In this document: positions 29,351 through 41,801 of the stretch, one piece after another | Numbering within the stretch: the first letter of the stretch is position 1 | How the letters are laid out: every line of letters begins with the position of its first letter | Assembly (NCBI GenBank): GCA_031409275.1 | Contig: JANNXA010000040.1 | Coordinates: 64,001-128,000, forward strand | Length of the DNA: 64,000 nucleotides | Source of the DNA: Planctomycetota bacterium | GTDB lineage: Bacteria > Planctomycetota > B15-G4 > SIAN01 | Direction of reading: 5' to 3' | Translations under genes and position numbers: made by a program | The notes under the pieces: model-generated | The model's input: the letters and a program-made list of their open reading frames with translations, nothing else | Told to the model about the DNA's origin: nothing | Database searches by the model: none

Positions 29351-30087
29351 TCAGCCGAGGTTCGCCCCGCCTTCGCGCACGAGCGTCGAAGCCTTGTAGA
29401 GCGACTCGAAGGTGCCGGCGTCGCTCCACCAGCCTTCGAGGCGGTCCCACTGCAGCTCGTTGCGCGCGAGGTAGGCGTTGTTGACGTCGGTGATCTCGAG
29501 CTCGCCGCGGTGGCTCGGCTTGAGCGTGCGGATGATCTCGAAGGCGCGGGCGTCGTAGAAGTAGATCCCGGTCACCGCGAGGTTGCTCTTCGGCTGCTTG
29601 GGTTTCTCGACGATGCCCACGACCTGATCGCCCTTCACCTCGGCGACGCCGAAACGCTCCGGATCGGGCACTTCCTTCAACAGGATGCGCGCGCCGCTCT
29701 TCTGCGCCAGGAAGCGGTCGACCGACGGCTTGATCGACTTCTGCAGCAGGTTGTCGCCGAGCACGACGACCATGCGGCCGCTGCCGACGAACGGCTCGGC
29801 GAGGCGCAACGCATCGGCGATCCCGCCTTCGCCCTGCTGGTACGCGTAGCAGAGGCGCGCGCCGAACTCGCTGCCGGAACCGAGCAGCTTCAGGAAGTGG
29901 CCGGCCGAGTCGCCGCCGGTCACGATCATCACGTCCTTCACCCCACCCTTCACCAGGCACTCGAGCGGGTAGTGGATCATCGGCCGGTTGTAGACGGGCA
30001 GCAGGTGCTTGTTGGTGATCTTGGTCAGCGGCATGAGCCGGCTGCCGAGCCCGCCGGCGAGGATCACGCCCTTGATGGAGTCGCTGT

Positions 30088-30091
<4 letters not shown>
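29351..30091 (-). CDS. rfbA: Glucose-1-phosphate thymidylyltransferase (short form)
   Basis: KGVILAGGLGSRLMPLT, NKHLLPVY, VLGDN, EKPKQPKS, RGELEITD, WSDAGT. Confidence 0.92.
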
Positions 30092-31055
<964 letters not shown>

Positions 31056-31059
<4 letters not shown>

Positions 31060-32168
31060 AGGCTCGCGCCTTGCGCGAAGAAACGGACCAGGCGATCCAC
31101 CACGCGCTCGGCGGCGTGGCCGTCCCATCCTTCGGGCACGCGGAACGTCGCCGGATCGCGCGCCAGCATGGTGCGCGCGCCCGCCAGGATCCGCTCCGGC
31201 ACGTTGCCGGCCAGCAGGTTGCCGCCACACTCGATCGTCACCGGCCGCTCGGTGTTCTCGCGCAATGTGACCACCGGGACCTTCAGCACCAGCGCCTCCT
31301 CCTGCACGCCGCCCGAATCGGTGAGGATCAGTCGCGCGCGCGCCATCGCCGCCATGAACTCGACGTAGCCGAGCGGCGGGACCAGCCGGATACGGCCTCC
31401 CGCGGCGAGCGACGCGGCAAAGCCGAAATCCTCGAGCCGCTTCTGCGTGCGCGGATGAACCGTCCACGCCAGCGGCAGATCAGCGGAGAGCTCCTGCAGC
31501 GCCGCGAGGATGCCGCGCAGCGCGGCGCCATCGTCGACGTTGCTCGGCCGATGCAGCGTGACCAGCGCGTAGTGCTCCGGCCAGTCGGCCGGCCGCGGTG
31601 ACTGCAGCGCAATCCCGCGGAAGCGCAGCAACGTGTCGATCATCGTGTTGCCGACCATCTCGATGCGATCGGCGCGGGCTCCTTCGCGACGCAGGTTCGC
31701 GACCCCCGACGGCTCGGTGACGAAGAGAAGCGAGGAGAGGGCGTCGGTCGCGAGGCGGTTCAACTCCTCGGGCATCGAGCGATCGCCCGAGCGCAGCCCC
31801 GCCTCGACGTGAGCCACCGGTACGTGCAGCTTCACCGCGGCGAGCGTCGCTGCGATGGTCGAGTTGACGTCCCCCACCACCAGCACGAGGTCCTGCGGAT
31901 GGGCGAGCAGCCACTCCTCGAAGCTCGCCAGCACCTGCGCCGTCTGCTTGCCGTGACTGGCGGAGCCGACGCCAAGATCGGCGTCGGGCTTGGGGAAGCC
32001 GAGGTCGCGAAGGAACTGCCCGGCCATGCGCTCGTCGTAGTGCTGGCCAGTGTTGACCAGCTTCACTTCGAAGCCACCGTGGCGCTGCAGCGCATGCAGC
32101 ACCGGACCTGCCTTCATGAAGTTCGGGCGGGCGCCGACGACGATCGTGATGCACGGGCGGTGCGCCAT
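31056..32168 (-). CDS. wecB: UDP-N-acetylglucosamine 2-epimerase (non-hydrolysing)
   Basis: VGARPNFMK, TGQHYD, HVEAGLRS, MPEELNR, TLHRPSNVD, TDSGGVQEE, TERP. Confidence 0.95.
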
Positions 32169-32171
32169 CGC

Positions 32172-33152
32172 TCAGCACCCGGCTCGGGAGCGCGCCTCGT
32201 CGGCGATCTCCTGCTGCAGCCACGCCACGAAGCGCGCGATGCCTTCGGCGAGCGACACGCGCGGGTCGTAGCCCAGCACGCGCCGCGAGAGCGAGATGTC
32301 GGCACAGGTGGCCGGCACGTCGCCCGGCTGATCGGGCTGCCCCTCGATGCGCGCCGGCACGCAAAGCGCCTTCGAGAGCATCTGCAGCAGCGTCGTGAGC
32401 GAATAGGTCTGCGACTCGCCGAGGTTGTAGACGCCGAATCCCTCGTCGTGGTCGACCGCTTTCACCACGCCATCGAGGATGTCGTCGACATAGGTGTAGT
32501 CGCGTACCGAGGAGCCGTCGCCGAAGCGCTGGATCGGCTGCCCGGCGAGCATGAGGCGCGCGAACTTGTGGATCGCCATCTCGGGACGCTGACGCGGACC
32601 GTAGACCGTGAAGAAGCGCAGGACGGTCACGCGCAGCCCGTGGATCGCATGCCAGGTGTGGCACAGCATCTCCGCCGCGCGCTTGGTCGCGGCGTACGGG
32701 GAGATCGGGCGGTCGGCGGCCTGATCCTCGCGGAAAGGCGACTCCTGGCTGCGGCCATAGACCGACGAGGTGCCGCCATAGACCAGGCGCTTGCAGCCCG
32801 CCGCGGTCATCGCGTCGAGCAGGTTCAGCGTCCCGGTGACGTTGACATCGATGTAGTGCTGCGGGCGCTGCAGCGAGGGTCGCACGCCAGCCTGCGCGGC
32901 GAGGTGAACGACCTTCTCGGGGCGCGTTCGCGCCACCGTCGCGAGGACCGCGGCGCGATCACGCAGGTCCGCCTCGATCAGCTCGAAGGAGCGTGACGCG
33001 AGCGCGCCGCGCAGGTTGCGCCGCTTGATCGCCGGGTCGTAGTAGGGATCGAAGTTGTCGAACCCGACCACGAAATCGCCGCGGGCGAGCAGGCGGTCGG
33101 TGAGGTGCGAGCCGATGAAGCCCGCCGCTCCCGTCACGAGGATTCGAGCCAT
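32172..33152 (-). CDS. UDP-glucuronate 4-epimerase-like SDR
   Basis: TGAAGFIGSH, HLAAQAGVRPS, PISPYAATK, RFFTVYGPRQRPEMA, QPGDV. Confidence 0.9.
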   Translation of the reverse strand: MARILVTGAAGFIGSHLTDRLLARGDFVVGFDNFDPYYDPAIKRRNLRGALASRSFELIEADLRDRAAVLATVARTRPEKVVHLAAQAGVRPSLQRPQHYIDVNVTGTLNLLDAMTAAGCKRLVYGGTSSVYGRSQESPFREDQAADRPISPYAATKRAAEMLCHTWHAIHGLRVTVLRFFTVYGPRQRPEMAIHKFARLMLAGQPIQRFGDGSSVRDYTYVDDILDGVVKAVDHDEGFGVYNLGESQTYSLTTLLQMLSKALCVPARIEGQPDQPGDVPATCADISLSRRVLGYDPRVSLAEGIARFVAWLQQEIADEARSRAGC

Positions 33153-33204
33153 GACGCTTGCGCCGAAGCCCCGAGGGCGCCGACGCTCCTTGCTTGCCGC
33201 GGGA

Positions 33205-34521
33205 TCAGAGCTTGAGGATGCGCGCCTTCGCCGACTTGCCCTTGGTGGCGTTGCGCGAGTCGACCACCAGCGGGCAGTGCTCGAGCACGGTCGCCAGGTC
33301 CATCGACGCGTGATCGGTCACGATCACGGCGCAATCGAGCTTGCGGCACCACTCGGCGTTGAGCGGCACCGACTTCAGCTTGCCCCACTCGAGCGTGACT
33401 TCCGGCGCATGCGGATCGTGGTAGCTCACCTCGGCGCCGCGCTCGCGCAACTTCGTGGCGATGTCGAACGCCGGCGACTCGCGGACGTCGGAGACGTCGC
33501 GCTTGTAGGCGAAGCCGAGGATGCAGATCTTCGACCCGCGTACCGACTTCTTCTCGTCGTTCAGGCCCAACGCGACCTTCTCGACGATGAACTCCGGCAT
33601 GGCCGAGTTGATCTCGCCAGCGAGCTCGATGAAGCGCGCCTTGGTCTGCAGCGTGCGCATCTTCCACGACAGGTAGAACGGGTCGATCGGGATGCAGTGG
33701 CCGCCGAGTCCGGGACCCGGATAGAAGGGCAGGAAACCGAACGGCTTGGTCGCCGCGGCGTCGATGACCTCCCACACGTCGATTCCGAGCCTTTCGCAGA
33801 GGATCGCGATCTCGTTGACGAGACCGATGTTCACCATGCGGAAGGTGTTCTCGAGGATCTTCACCATCTCCGCGGCGGTGGCGCTGCTCACCGGCACGAC
33901 GCGCTCGAGCGCCGCCGCGTAGAGGGAGCGCGTCACTTCGCCGCACTTCTCGGTCACGCCGCCGACGACCTTCGGCGTGTTGCGCACGTTGAAACGCTTG
34001 CTGCCGGGATCGATCCGTTCGGGCGAGAAGGCGAGGAAGTAGTCCTTGCCCACCTTCCACGACTTGCCCTGCGCTTCGGAGAGGCGCGGCATCACGACTT
34101 CGACGGTGGTGCCGGGATAGGTCGTGCTCTCGAGGATGATCAGCTGCCCCGGCTGCAGGCGCTTCTCGACTTCGAGCGTCGCGTTCACGATGTAGCTGAT
34201 GTCGGGGTCGCCGCTCTTGTTCAACGGCGTCGGCACGCAGACGATCACCGCGTGTGCCTTCCTCAGCTCGTCGAAGTCGGTGGTCGGCTTGAACTTCTTG
34301 CGATCGAGCTGCGCCTTGAGCTGCTCATTGCTGATGTCGTCGACGTAGCTCTTGCCCTTCTGCAGCCCCTCGACGCGCCGGACGTCGATGTCGAGTCCGA
34401 TGACCTCGAAGCCCTCTTCCGCGAAGGCGAGGCAGAGCGGAAGACCGACGTAGCCGAGGCCTAGCACGGCCACGGTGGCCGTACGCGCCTCGATCCGCTC
34501 GAGCAGTTCCTTGTGCGTCAT
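33205..34521 (-). CDS. UDP-N-acetylhexosamine 6-dehydrogenase (WbpA/WecC family)
   Basis: GLGYVGLP, CVPTP, ESTTYPGTT, SPERIDPG, KILENTFR, GPGLGGHCIPIDP, YKRDVSDVRESP. Confidence 0.93.
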   Translation of the reverse strand: MTHKELLERIEARTATVAVLGLGYVGLPLCLAFAEEGFEVIGLDIDVRRVEGLQKGKSYVDDISNEQLKAQLDRKKFKPTTDFDELRKAHAVIVCVPTPLNKSGDPDISYIVNATLEVEKRLQPGQLIILESTTYPGTTVEVVMPRLSEAQGKSWKVGKDYFLAFSPERIDPGSKRFNVRNTPKVVGGVTEKCGEVTRSLYAAALERVVPVSSATAAEMVKILENTFRMVNIGLVNEIAILCERLGIDVWEVIDAAATKPFGFLPFYPGPGLGGHCIPIDPFYLSWKMRTLQTKARFIELAGEINSAMPEFIVEKVALGLNDEKKSVRGSKICILGFAYKRDVSDVRESPAFDIATKLRERGAEVSYHDPHAPEVTLEWGKLKSVPLNAEWCRKLDCAVIVTDHASMDLATVLEHCPLVVDSRNATKGKSAKARILKL

Positions 34522-34564
34522 CGCTCCCGCCTCGCTCCCGTGACAGCCTCGCCGGCGGCGCGGT

Positions 34565-35523
<959 letters not shown>

Positions 35524-35527
<4 letters not shown>

Positions 35528-36555
35528 TCGTTCCACTCCTGTCGACGCGGAGCGCCAAGCGGCGCTCGCGTGATTCTCATGGTCTGTCCGGGCCGCAACA
35601 CGACGCGCGCCCCGCACGCGCGAGCGATTCCGGGGATCGGGCCGCTGCCGATCAGCTCGATCTGCGCGTCGCGCGTTTCGAGCTTGATCGGTTCGGGCGC
35701 CTGCACGCGCAGTTGCCCGCGAGGTTCATCGAACAGCGTCGCCTCGCGGACGAGGTCCGGCACGAAGGCGGCCGGCTCGGCGAGGACCGGCAGGAAGATG
35801 CGCTGGCCGGGCTCCACCGTCAGCATGCGCCCGCCCAGATAGGGGCAACGCACGACGACCGCGTTGGGGCCGGTGACGCGAATCTCGAGCGCCCGGCGAT
35901 CGCGATCCAGCAACGCGAGGCGCGTTCCGTTGCCGGCCAGGTCGTTGCCGCCCGGCAGGTAGAGCACGGTGTCGATGCCGCCGCGTCCGAACCAGAGGTC
36001 GGCGTAGCGCTTGAGGCTGACGATCTCGATCTCGCGCGGGTTCGCCAGCGCATGCGAGGTCATCCGCCAGATCGCCTCGCCGTCGAAGCGCAGATGCGCG
36101 CCATCCTCGAACTCGAGCAACGAGCAGCCGCGCCCGTCTTGGCGCACCTCGTCGCCGCTCTCGAGCGCGTAGACCTTGTCCCAATACTGCAGATCGCGGC
36201 GCAATCCGTCGGGACGCACGATCTGGATCGAGTCGGACGCACGCGTCAGCAGCGCACGGAACCGTTCCGGGTCCACCGCATCGACGTCTTCGGCGTCTGG
36301 CGTCGGCGGTGTCTCGCTCGGCACGACCACGGCGGGCTGCTCACGCTCGGCGAGCAGGCGCTGCAGCAGCGCGTCGAGGGCCGCCGACGAGGTGCTCGGC
36401 ACCGGCGCCGGCGGCTCGTCCTGTTTCTCGGCGGACGGTTCAGCCGGGGTCTCCTGGACGCGGCACGCCGGCACGACCGCTGCCGAGCCGACCACCGCGA
36501 TGCAGAAGTTGAACAGGAAGAGCATCTCTGAAGCACCTCGCCGCGCTGCTCGCAC
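35524..36555 (-). CDS. Hypothetical exported/lipoprotein with FecR-like beta domain
   Basis: Possible lipoprotein signal (..AVVPAC), Pro/Glu linker, then [27 protein letters not shown] resembling the FecR N-terminal motif; stop overlaps the next start (ATGA). Start 36555 or 36525. Confidence 0.6.
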
Positions 36556-36843
36556 GGCCCATCGTCAGCCCATTTCTCGCGCAAGGCGGCGGCACACCGC
36601 CGTCGCCATGAGCCACCGGGCGCCGGCGACGTCGGGCAAGCCTATCGACCGTCGGTGAAGTTTCGCTTCAACCGCCGGCCCGATCGGGCCGGAAACGGAC
36701 GCCCGCCCCACCGCGAGTCACGTCGTTGGGAGCTTATTCAAGCGTTCGCAGGTGAACCGCGGGGCGAGCGACGCGCCGGGCGAAGGGGGGCGACGCAGCC
36801 ATCGGCCAAGGGTCCCCCGATCGTGGCGCGACCTCGCACGACC

Positions 36844-38184
36844 CTAGACGAAATGGGTCTCGACGTACTTCGTGTCCATCTGCGCCTTGCGGAACGCCTC
36901 GCTGCGCAGGATCTCCTTGTGCAGCGGGATGGTCGTCTTCACCCCCTCGACGACGAACTCGTCGAGCGCGCGCAGCAGCGTGGCGATCGCCTCCTCGCGC
37001 GTGTCGCCGCGAACGATCAGCTTGCCGATCATCGAGTCGTAGAACGGGGGAATCCGGTAGCCGGCGTGCGCATGGGTGTCGAGGCGCACGTTGCGGCCGC
37101 CCGGCGCGATCCAGGTGGTGATCACGCCAGGCGATGGCTTGAAGTTGCTCGCCGGGTCCTCGGCGTTGATGCGGCACTCGATCGAGTGACCGCGCAACGG
37201 CATGTCGGGATGCGGCCAGTTCAGCCGCTCGCCGGCGGCGACGCGCAGCTGCGCCTCGATGAGATCGAGGCCGGTCACCTCTTCCGTCACCGGATGCTCG
37301 ACCTGGATGCGGGCGTTCACTTCCATGAAGTAGAAGTTGCCGCCGGCGTCGAGCAGGAATTCGACGGTACCGGCGTTGTAGTAGCCGGCCTGCTTGCAAA
37401 GAGCGCGCGCGGCGGCGCACATCTGAGCGCGCACCTCCGGCGTGACCACCGGTGACGGCGCTTCCTCGATCAACTTCTGATGACGGCGTTGCGTCGTGCA
37501 GTCGCGCTCTCCGAGGCTGTAGACGTTGCCGTGCTGGTCGGCGATGAACTGCACCTCGATGTGGCGCGCCTTCTCGATCACCTTCTCGAGGTAGACGCTC
37601 GAATCGCCGAAGGCGGCCTCCGCCTCGCTGCGGGCGGCGAAGTAGCCATTCACCAACGAGACATCGTTGTGGGCGATGCGCATGCCGCGGCCACCGCCGC
37701 CGGACACCGCCTTGATGATGACCGGGTAGCCGAGTTCCTTGGCGACCGCGAGCGCCTCGGCGTCGCTCGAGACCGGCCCGTCGCTGCCTGGAATGGTCGG
37801 GACACCGGCTTTGCGCGCCGTCTCCTTCGCCTTCGACTTGTTCCCCATCAGGTCGATCGCCTCGGGCGGCGGACCGATGAAGCGAATGCCGCACGAGCGG
37901 CACACCTCGGCGAAATGAGAGTTCTCGGAAAGGAAGCCGTAGCCGGGATGGATGGCGTCGACGTCGGCGATCTCGGCCGCGCTCACGATGCGCGAGATGT
38001 CGAGGTAGCTCTGGGCCGAGCGCGCCGGTCCGATGCAGATCGTGTCGTTCGCCATGCGCAGATAGCGCGCGCCCTTGTCGGCTTCGGAGCAGACGGCGAC
38101 GGTCTCGATCCCGAGCTGATGACAGGCGCGCAGGATCCGCAGCGCGATCTCGCCGCGGTTGGCGACCAGGATTCGTCGGAACAT
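36844..38184 (-). CDS. accC: Acetyl-CoA carboxylase biotin carboxylase subunit
   Basis: ILVANRGEIA, HPGYGFLSEN, GGGGRGMR, QRRHQKLIEE, RIQVEHPVTE, YDSMIGK. Confidence 0.97.
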   Translation of the reverse strand: MFRRILVANRGEIALRILRACHQLGIETVAVCSEADKGARYLRMANDTICIGPARSAQSYLDISRIVSAAEIADVDAIHPGYGFLSENSHFAEVCRSCGIRFIGPPPEAIDLMGNKSKAKETARKAGVPTIPGSDGPVSSDAEALAVAKELGYPVIIKAVSGGGGRGMRIAHNDVSLVNGYFAARSEAEAAFGDSSVYLEKVIEKARHIEVQFIADQHGNVYSLGERDCTTQRRHQKLIEEAPSPVVTPEVRAQMCAAARALCKQAGYYNAGTVEFLLDAGGNFYFMEVNARIQVEHPVTEEVTGLDLIEAQLRVAAGERLNWPHPDMPLRGHSIECRINAEDPASNFKPSPGVITTWIAPGGRNVRLDTHAHAGYRIPPFYDSMIGKLIVRGDTREEAIATLLRALDEFVVEGVKTTIPLHKEILRSEAFRKAQMDTKYVETHFV

Positions 38185-38191
38185 CGTGCGG

Positions 38192-38746
38192 TCAGCTCGA
38201 CTGGATGACGAAGAGCGGCTGGCCGAACTCGACGGCCTCGCCGTTCTCGACCAGGATCTGAACCACCTTGCCGGCCTTCTCGGCCTTGATCTCGTTCATC
38301 ACCTTCATCGCCTCGATGATGCAGAGCACCGCATCGACCTTGACGCTGTCGCCCTCCATCACGAAGGCCTTCGCCTCGGGTGAAGCGGCGCGATAGAAGG
38401 TCCCGACCATCGGCGAGAGGAAGTTCTCCCCGACCGGACCGGCCGGAATCGCCGGTGCATCGGCCGCAGCGACTTGCGCCGTCGCCGCGGGTGCCGCGGC
38501 GGCGGGCATCGCCCCCATCGGCATGCCCATCGCCATGCCCATCGGCGCAGGACCGTTCTTGCTGAGCCGCACCGAATGGCCGTCGGGACCGATCTCGAGT
38601 TCGCTCAGCGCATGGTCTTTCATCAACGCGAGCAGCTCGCGCAGACGCGCGATCTCGGCATCGTGCGCCGCCGGCTTCGCGGCCGGGACCGGTGTCGCCG
38701 CGGCCATCGCCCCTGCGCGCTTCGCTGCCTTCTTCTTGCGTGCCAT
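38192..38746 (-). CDS. accB: Biotin carboxyl carrier protein
   Basis: [18 protein letters not shown] biotinylation motif, Ala/Pro linker. Confidence 0.96.
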   Translation of the reverse strand: MARKKKAAKRAGAMAAATPVPAAKPAAHDAEIARLRELLALMKDHALSELEIGPDGHSVRLSKNGPAPMGMAMGMPMGAMPAAAAPAATAQVAAADAPAIPAGPVGENFLSPMVGTFYRAASPEAKAFVMEGDSVKVDAVLCIIEAMKVMNEIKAEKAGKVVQILVENGEAVEFGQPLFVIQSS

Positions 38747-38831
38747 CCGCTGCGTCCTCCCGATCCGATGATTGGAAGCGCGCCGGCGAATCGCCGCTCG
38801 CGCCAGAAGAAGTCCGGTTCCGCTCGTTCGC

Positions 38832-39395
38832 TCAGCAGCGCTCGACGTAGCGTCGATCGCGCGTGTCGACGCGGATCCGCGTGCCCGGCTCGACGAACGG
38901 CGGCACGGTGATCACCGCGCCGGTCTCGACCTTCGCCGGCTTGCCGCCGCCCGCCGCCTGCTGGCCCTTGATGTGGGCGTCGGTCTCGACGACCGTGAAC
39001 TCCATGAAGTCGGGCAGCACGACGTTGATCACCTCGCCCTCATAGAGCTTCACGCTGCACTTGGTGTTCTCTTTGAGCATGTCGAGGAGCGGCGCGATCA
39101 GCTTCATGCTGACGTGCGTCTGGTCGAAGGTCGTCGTGTCCATGAAGACGAAGTTGTCGCCCTCGCGGAAGAGGTACTCCCACTCCGACTTCTCGAGGAT
39201 CGCCTGCTCGACGCGCTCTTTCGAGTCGAAGGTCGGCTCGAGGACCTGGCCCGTCTTGACGCTCTTCAGCTTGCTGCGGACGAACGGCGTCCCCTTGCCG
39301 GGCTTGACGAACTGATGCTCGATCACGTCCCAGAGCTGGTCCTCGTAGATGATCGTGATGCCGTTCTTCATGTCGTTGGCATTGATGGTGGGCAT
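38832..39395 (-). CDS. efp: Elongation factor P
   Basis: [45 protein letters not shown]; efp-accB-accC synteny. Confidence 0.97.
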   Translation of the reverse strand: MPTINANDMKNGITIIYEDQLWDVIEHQFVKPGKGTPFVRSKLKSVKTGQVLEPTFDSKERVEQAILEKSEWEYLFREGDNFVFMDTTTFDQTHVSMKLIAPLLDMLKENTKCSVKLYEGEVINVVLPDFMEFTVVETDAHIKGQQAAGGGKPAKVETGAVITVPPFVEPGTRIRVDTRDRRYVERC

Positions 39396-39524
39396 GGGTG
39401 GCTCTCGGGAGGCGGCGCGAGGGCGAGGCGCCCGAAGGCGCGGTGTTTGCACCGCGGAAAGGGGCGTCATTTAGGGGGCACCGCGCCGCGAAGTCAAGCA
39501 ACGCGCGCGACGGTGATGGCTGGT

Positions 39525-40538
39525 TCAGCGGGCAAGTTGCAGCTCGGCGAGCTGGACGGCGGTCAACGCGGCCCCCTTGCGCAGCTGGTCGCCGGCCAGG
39601 AAGAAGGCGAACGCGCCCGCTCGATCGGCCGGTCGGATGCGCCCCACCTCGATGCCATCGCCACCCGCGGCTGAGCGCGGTGTTGGAAGGACGCCCGCAG
39701 CGACGTCGTCCTTCAAAGTGACGCCCGGCGCACCGCGCAGCGCGGCGATCACCTGCTCGAGCGTCGCCGATCGATCGCGCAACTCGACGAGGACCGACTC
39801 GGAGTGAGCGCGCAGCACCGGGACGCGCACGCAGGTCGCGGTGATCGCAAGGTCGGGTCGTTCGAGGATGCGGCGCGTCTCGGCGGCGACCTTCTGCTCC
39901 TCACCCGTGGTCCGCGCCGCCACGCTGCCGGAAGCGTCGAGTTCGCCGATCGACGGCACGCAGTTGAAGGCGAACGGCGGCGGTCCGCCGGCCGGCAGCA
40001 CCTCGCCGCGCAGTTCGCGCGTCAGCTCGTCGCGGAGCCGTTCGAGCGCGCGGCGACCCGCGCCCGAAACGGACTGATAGGTCGAGACGACCACGCGCTC
40101 GAGTCCAAACGCCCGTTCCAGCGGCGCAAGCGCCAGCACCAGCAAGATCGCCGTGCAGTTGGCGACGGCCGCGTGACGGTGCGCCGGAGTCAGGCGCTCC
40201 GGATTGACCTCGGGAACCACCAGCGCGACTTCGGGATCGAGCCGAAACGCGCTGGTGTTGTCGTAGAGGCGCGGCCGACCACGCAGCAGCTGGGGCGCCA
40301 GCGTCCGGCTGAGCGACGCTCCCGCCGACAGGAAGACGACGTCGCACTGCGCCAGCGCGGCCACGTCGAGCGGCTGCACCGCGTGGTCCCGACCGCGGAA
40401 GCGCACGACGCGACCGGCGCTGCGCGCGCTCGCCATCGGCAGCAGCGACTCGACCGGAAAGCCCCGCTGCTCCATCACCTGGAGCAGTTCCTCGCCCACG
40501 GCGCCGGTGGCACCGACGATCCCGACGTTGACGCTCAT
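39525..40538 (-). CDS. asd: Aspartate-semialdehyde dehydrogenase
   Basis: GIVGATGAVG, DNTSAFR, VPEVN, ANCT, STYQSVSGAG, TCVRVPV..AHSES, DQLRKGAA. Confidence 0.93.
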   Translation of the reverse strand: MSVNVGIVGATGAVGEELLQVMEQRGFPVESLLPMASARSAGRVVRFRGRDHAVQPLDVAALAQCDVVFLSAGASLSRTLAPQLLRGRPRLYDNTSAFRLDPEVALVVPEVNPERLTPAHRHAAVANCTAILLVLALAPLERAFGLERVVVSTYQSVSGAGRRALERLRDELTRELRGEVLPAGGPPPFAFNCVPSIGELDASGSVAARTTGEEQKVAAETRRILERPDLAITATCVRVPVLRAHSESVLVELRDRSATLEQVIAALRGAPGVTLKDDVAAGVLPTPRSAAGGDGIEVGRIRPADRAGAFAFFLAGDQLRKGAALTAVQLAELQLAR

Positions 40539-41080
40539 CGCCCTTCGACCTCGCTTCGCGGAGCCGCGATTTCCACCTGGCAATCACGCACCGCGCCGGC
40601 CAGCAACCGCGCGGCGTGCGTGAAGATCGGCAGCGCCACCTGCAGGCATTCGAGCGCACCGCGCGGCGAGCCCGGCAGATTCACGATCAACGCGCGGCCG
40701 AGCGTTCCAGCAGTGGCTCGTGAAGCCATCGCCATCGGCGTCGATGCGAGGCTGCGCGCGCGCATCGCCTCACCGATCCCTGGCACTTCGCGCTCGATGA
40801 CGGCGCGCGTCGCCTCGACGGTGACGTCGCGCGGCGCGATCCCGGTTCCGCCCGACGTGAGCACGATCGGATGCACGGCGGCGAGCTCGCGCAGTCGCTG
40901 GCCGATGGCGGACACGTCGTCCGCGACGACCACCACCGTCACGAGTTCATGGCCGGCGGCGGCGAGCGCCGGCGCGAGCAGTGCCGCCGTCGCATCGTCG
41001 CGCGCACCGCTCGCGGCACGATCGGAGCAGATCAGCAACGCGATGCGCAGTGCCGGCGACAGCGGCCGCTCCGCGTTCAA
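40535..41080 (-). CDS. mog: Molybdopterin adenylyltransferase (MogA/MoaB family)
   Basis: ICSDR...DD, TSGGTGIAPRDVT, SRATAG, NLPGSP; TTG start overlaps the moaC stop. Confidence 0.9.
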   Translation of the reverse strand: MNAERPLSPALRIALLICSDRAASGARDDATAALLAPALAAAGHELVTVVVVADDVSAIGQRLRELAAVHPIVLTSGGTGIAPRDVTVEATRAVIEREVPGIGEAMRARSLASTPMAMASRATAGTLGRALIVNLPGSPRGALECLQVALPIFTHAARLLAGAVRDCQVEIAAPRSEVEGR

Positions 41081-41589
41081 CTCCGCGCTCCGCGTCGCGC
41101 CGGCCGCTCCTTGCGCGCGTAGTCGCCCGACTTGCCGCCCGATTTGGAGAGGAGCCGCACGCTCTCGATCGACGCGCTGCGGTCGACCGCCTTCACCATG
41201 TCGTAAAGCGCGAGCGCCCCGACGCTGGCCGCCGTGAGCGCCTCCATCTCGACACCGGTCCGGTCGAGCGCGACGACTTCGGTCGTGACGACCCAGCGCC
41301 CGGCGCGGACGCGCGCGAGCTCCGCGTCGATGCGCGTCAGCCGCAGCGGGTGGCAAAGCGGGATCAACTGCGAGGTCTGCTTGGCGGCCTGGATGGCGGC
41401 GAGGCGCACGACGTCGCGCGCGCCCCCCTTCTTCAAGGTGCCGAGCCGCAAGGCGCGGTCGGCCGCTGCAGACAGCGAAACTTCGGCGGCCGCGGTCGCC
41501 CGGCGCAGCGTGATCGCCTTGGCGGCCACGTCGACCATGGTCGGCTGCCCGTTGGAATCGAGGTGCGAGAGGCGCGTCGGCGGAGTCAT
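41077..41589 (-). CDS. moaC: Cyclic pyranopterin monophosphate synthase
   Basis: LSHLD...MVDVAAK, AAKQTSQLIPLCHP, TGVEMEALT, YDMVKAVD, KSGGKSG. Confidence 0.97.
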   Translation of the reverse strand: MTPPTRLSHLDSNGQPTMVDVAAKAITLRRATAAAEVSLSAAADRALRLGTLKKGGARDVVRLAAIQAAKQTSQLIPLCHPLRLTRIDAELARVRAGRWVVTTEVVALDRTGVEMEALTAASVGALALYDMVKAVDRSASIESVRLLSKSGGKSGDYARKERPARRGARS

Positions 41590-41801
41590 GGGGGCGGGAT
41601 CTTACGCGCCCGGTCCGCGTCAGCGCCTGCTCGCGCCGTTGCGACGCCCTCCCCCGCCTCTAATGTCCTTCTGTCCGAACACTCCGCGCTTTCGCTCGTA
41701 GAGGATTTCGCGGGATGCAGCTTGAGAGGGGCGCTGGCCGAGGCCGAAGCACCCAAACGACGGCGCCCCGGTCCGATCCGGCACGCGATGGAGGAGAGCT
41801 C

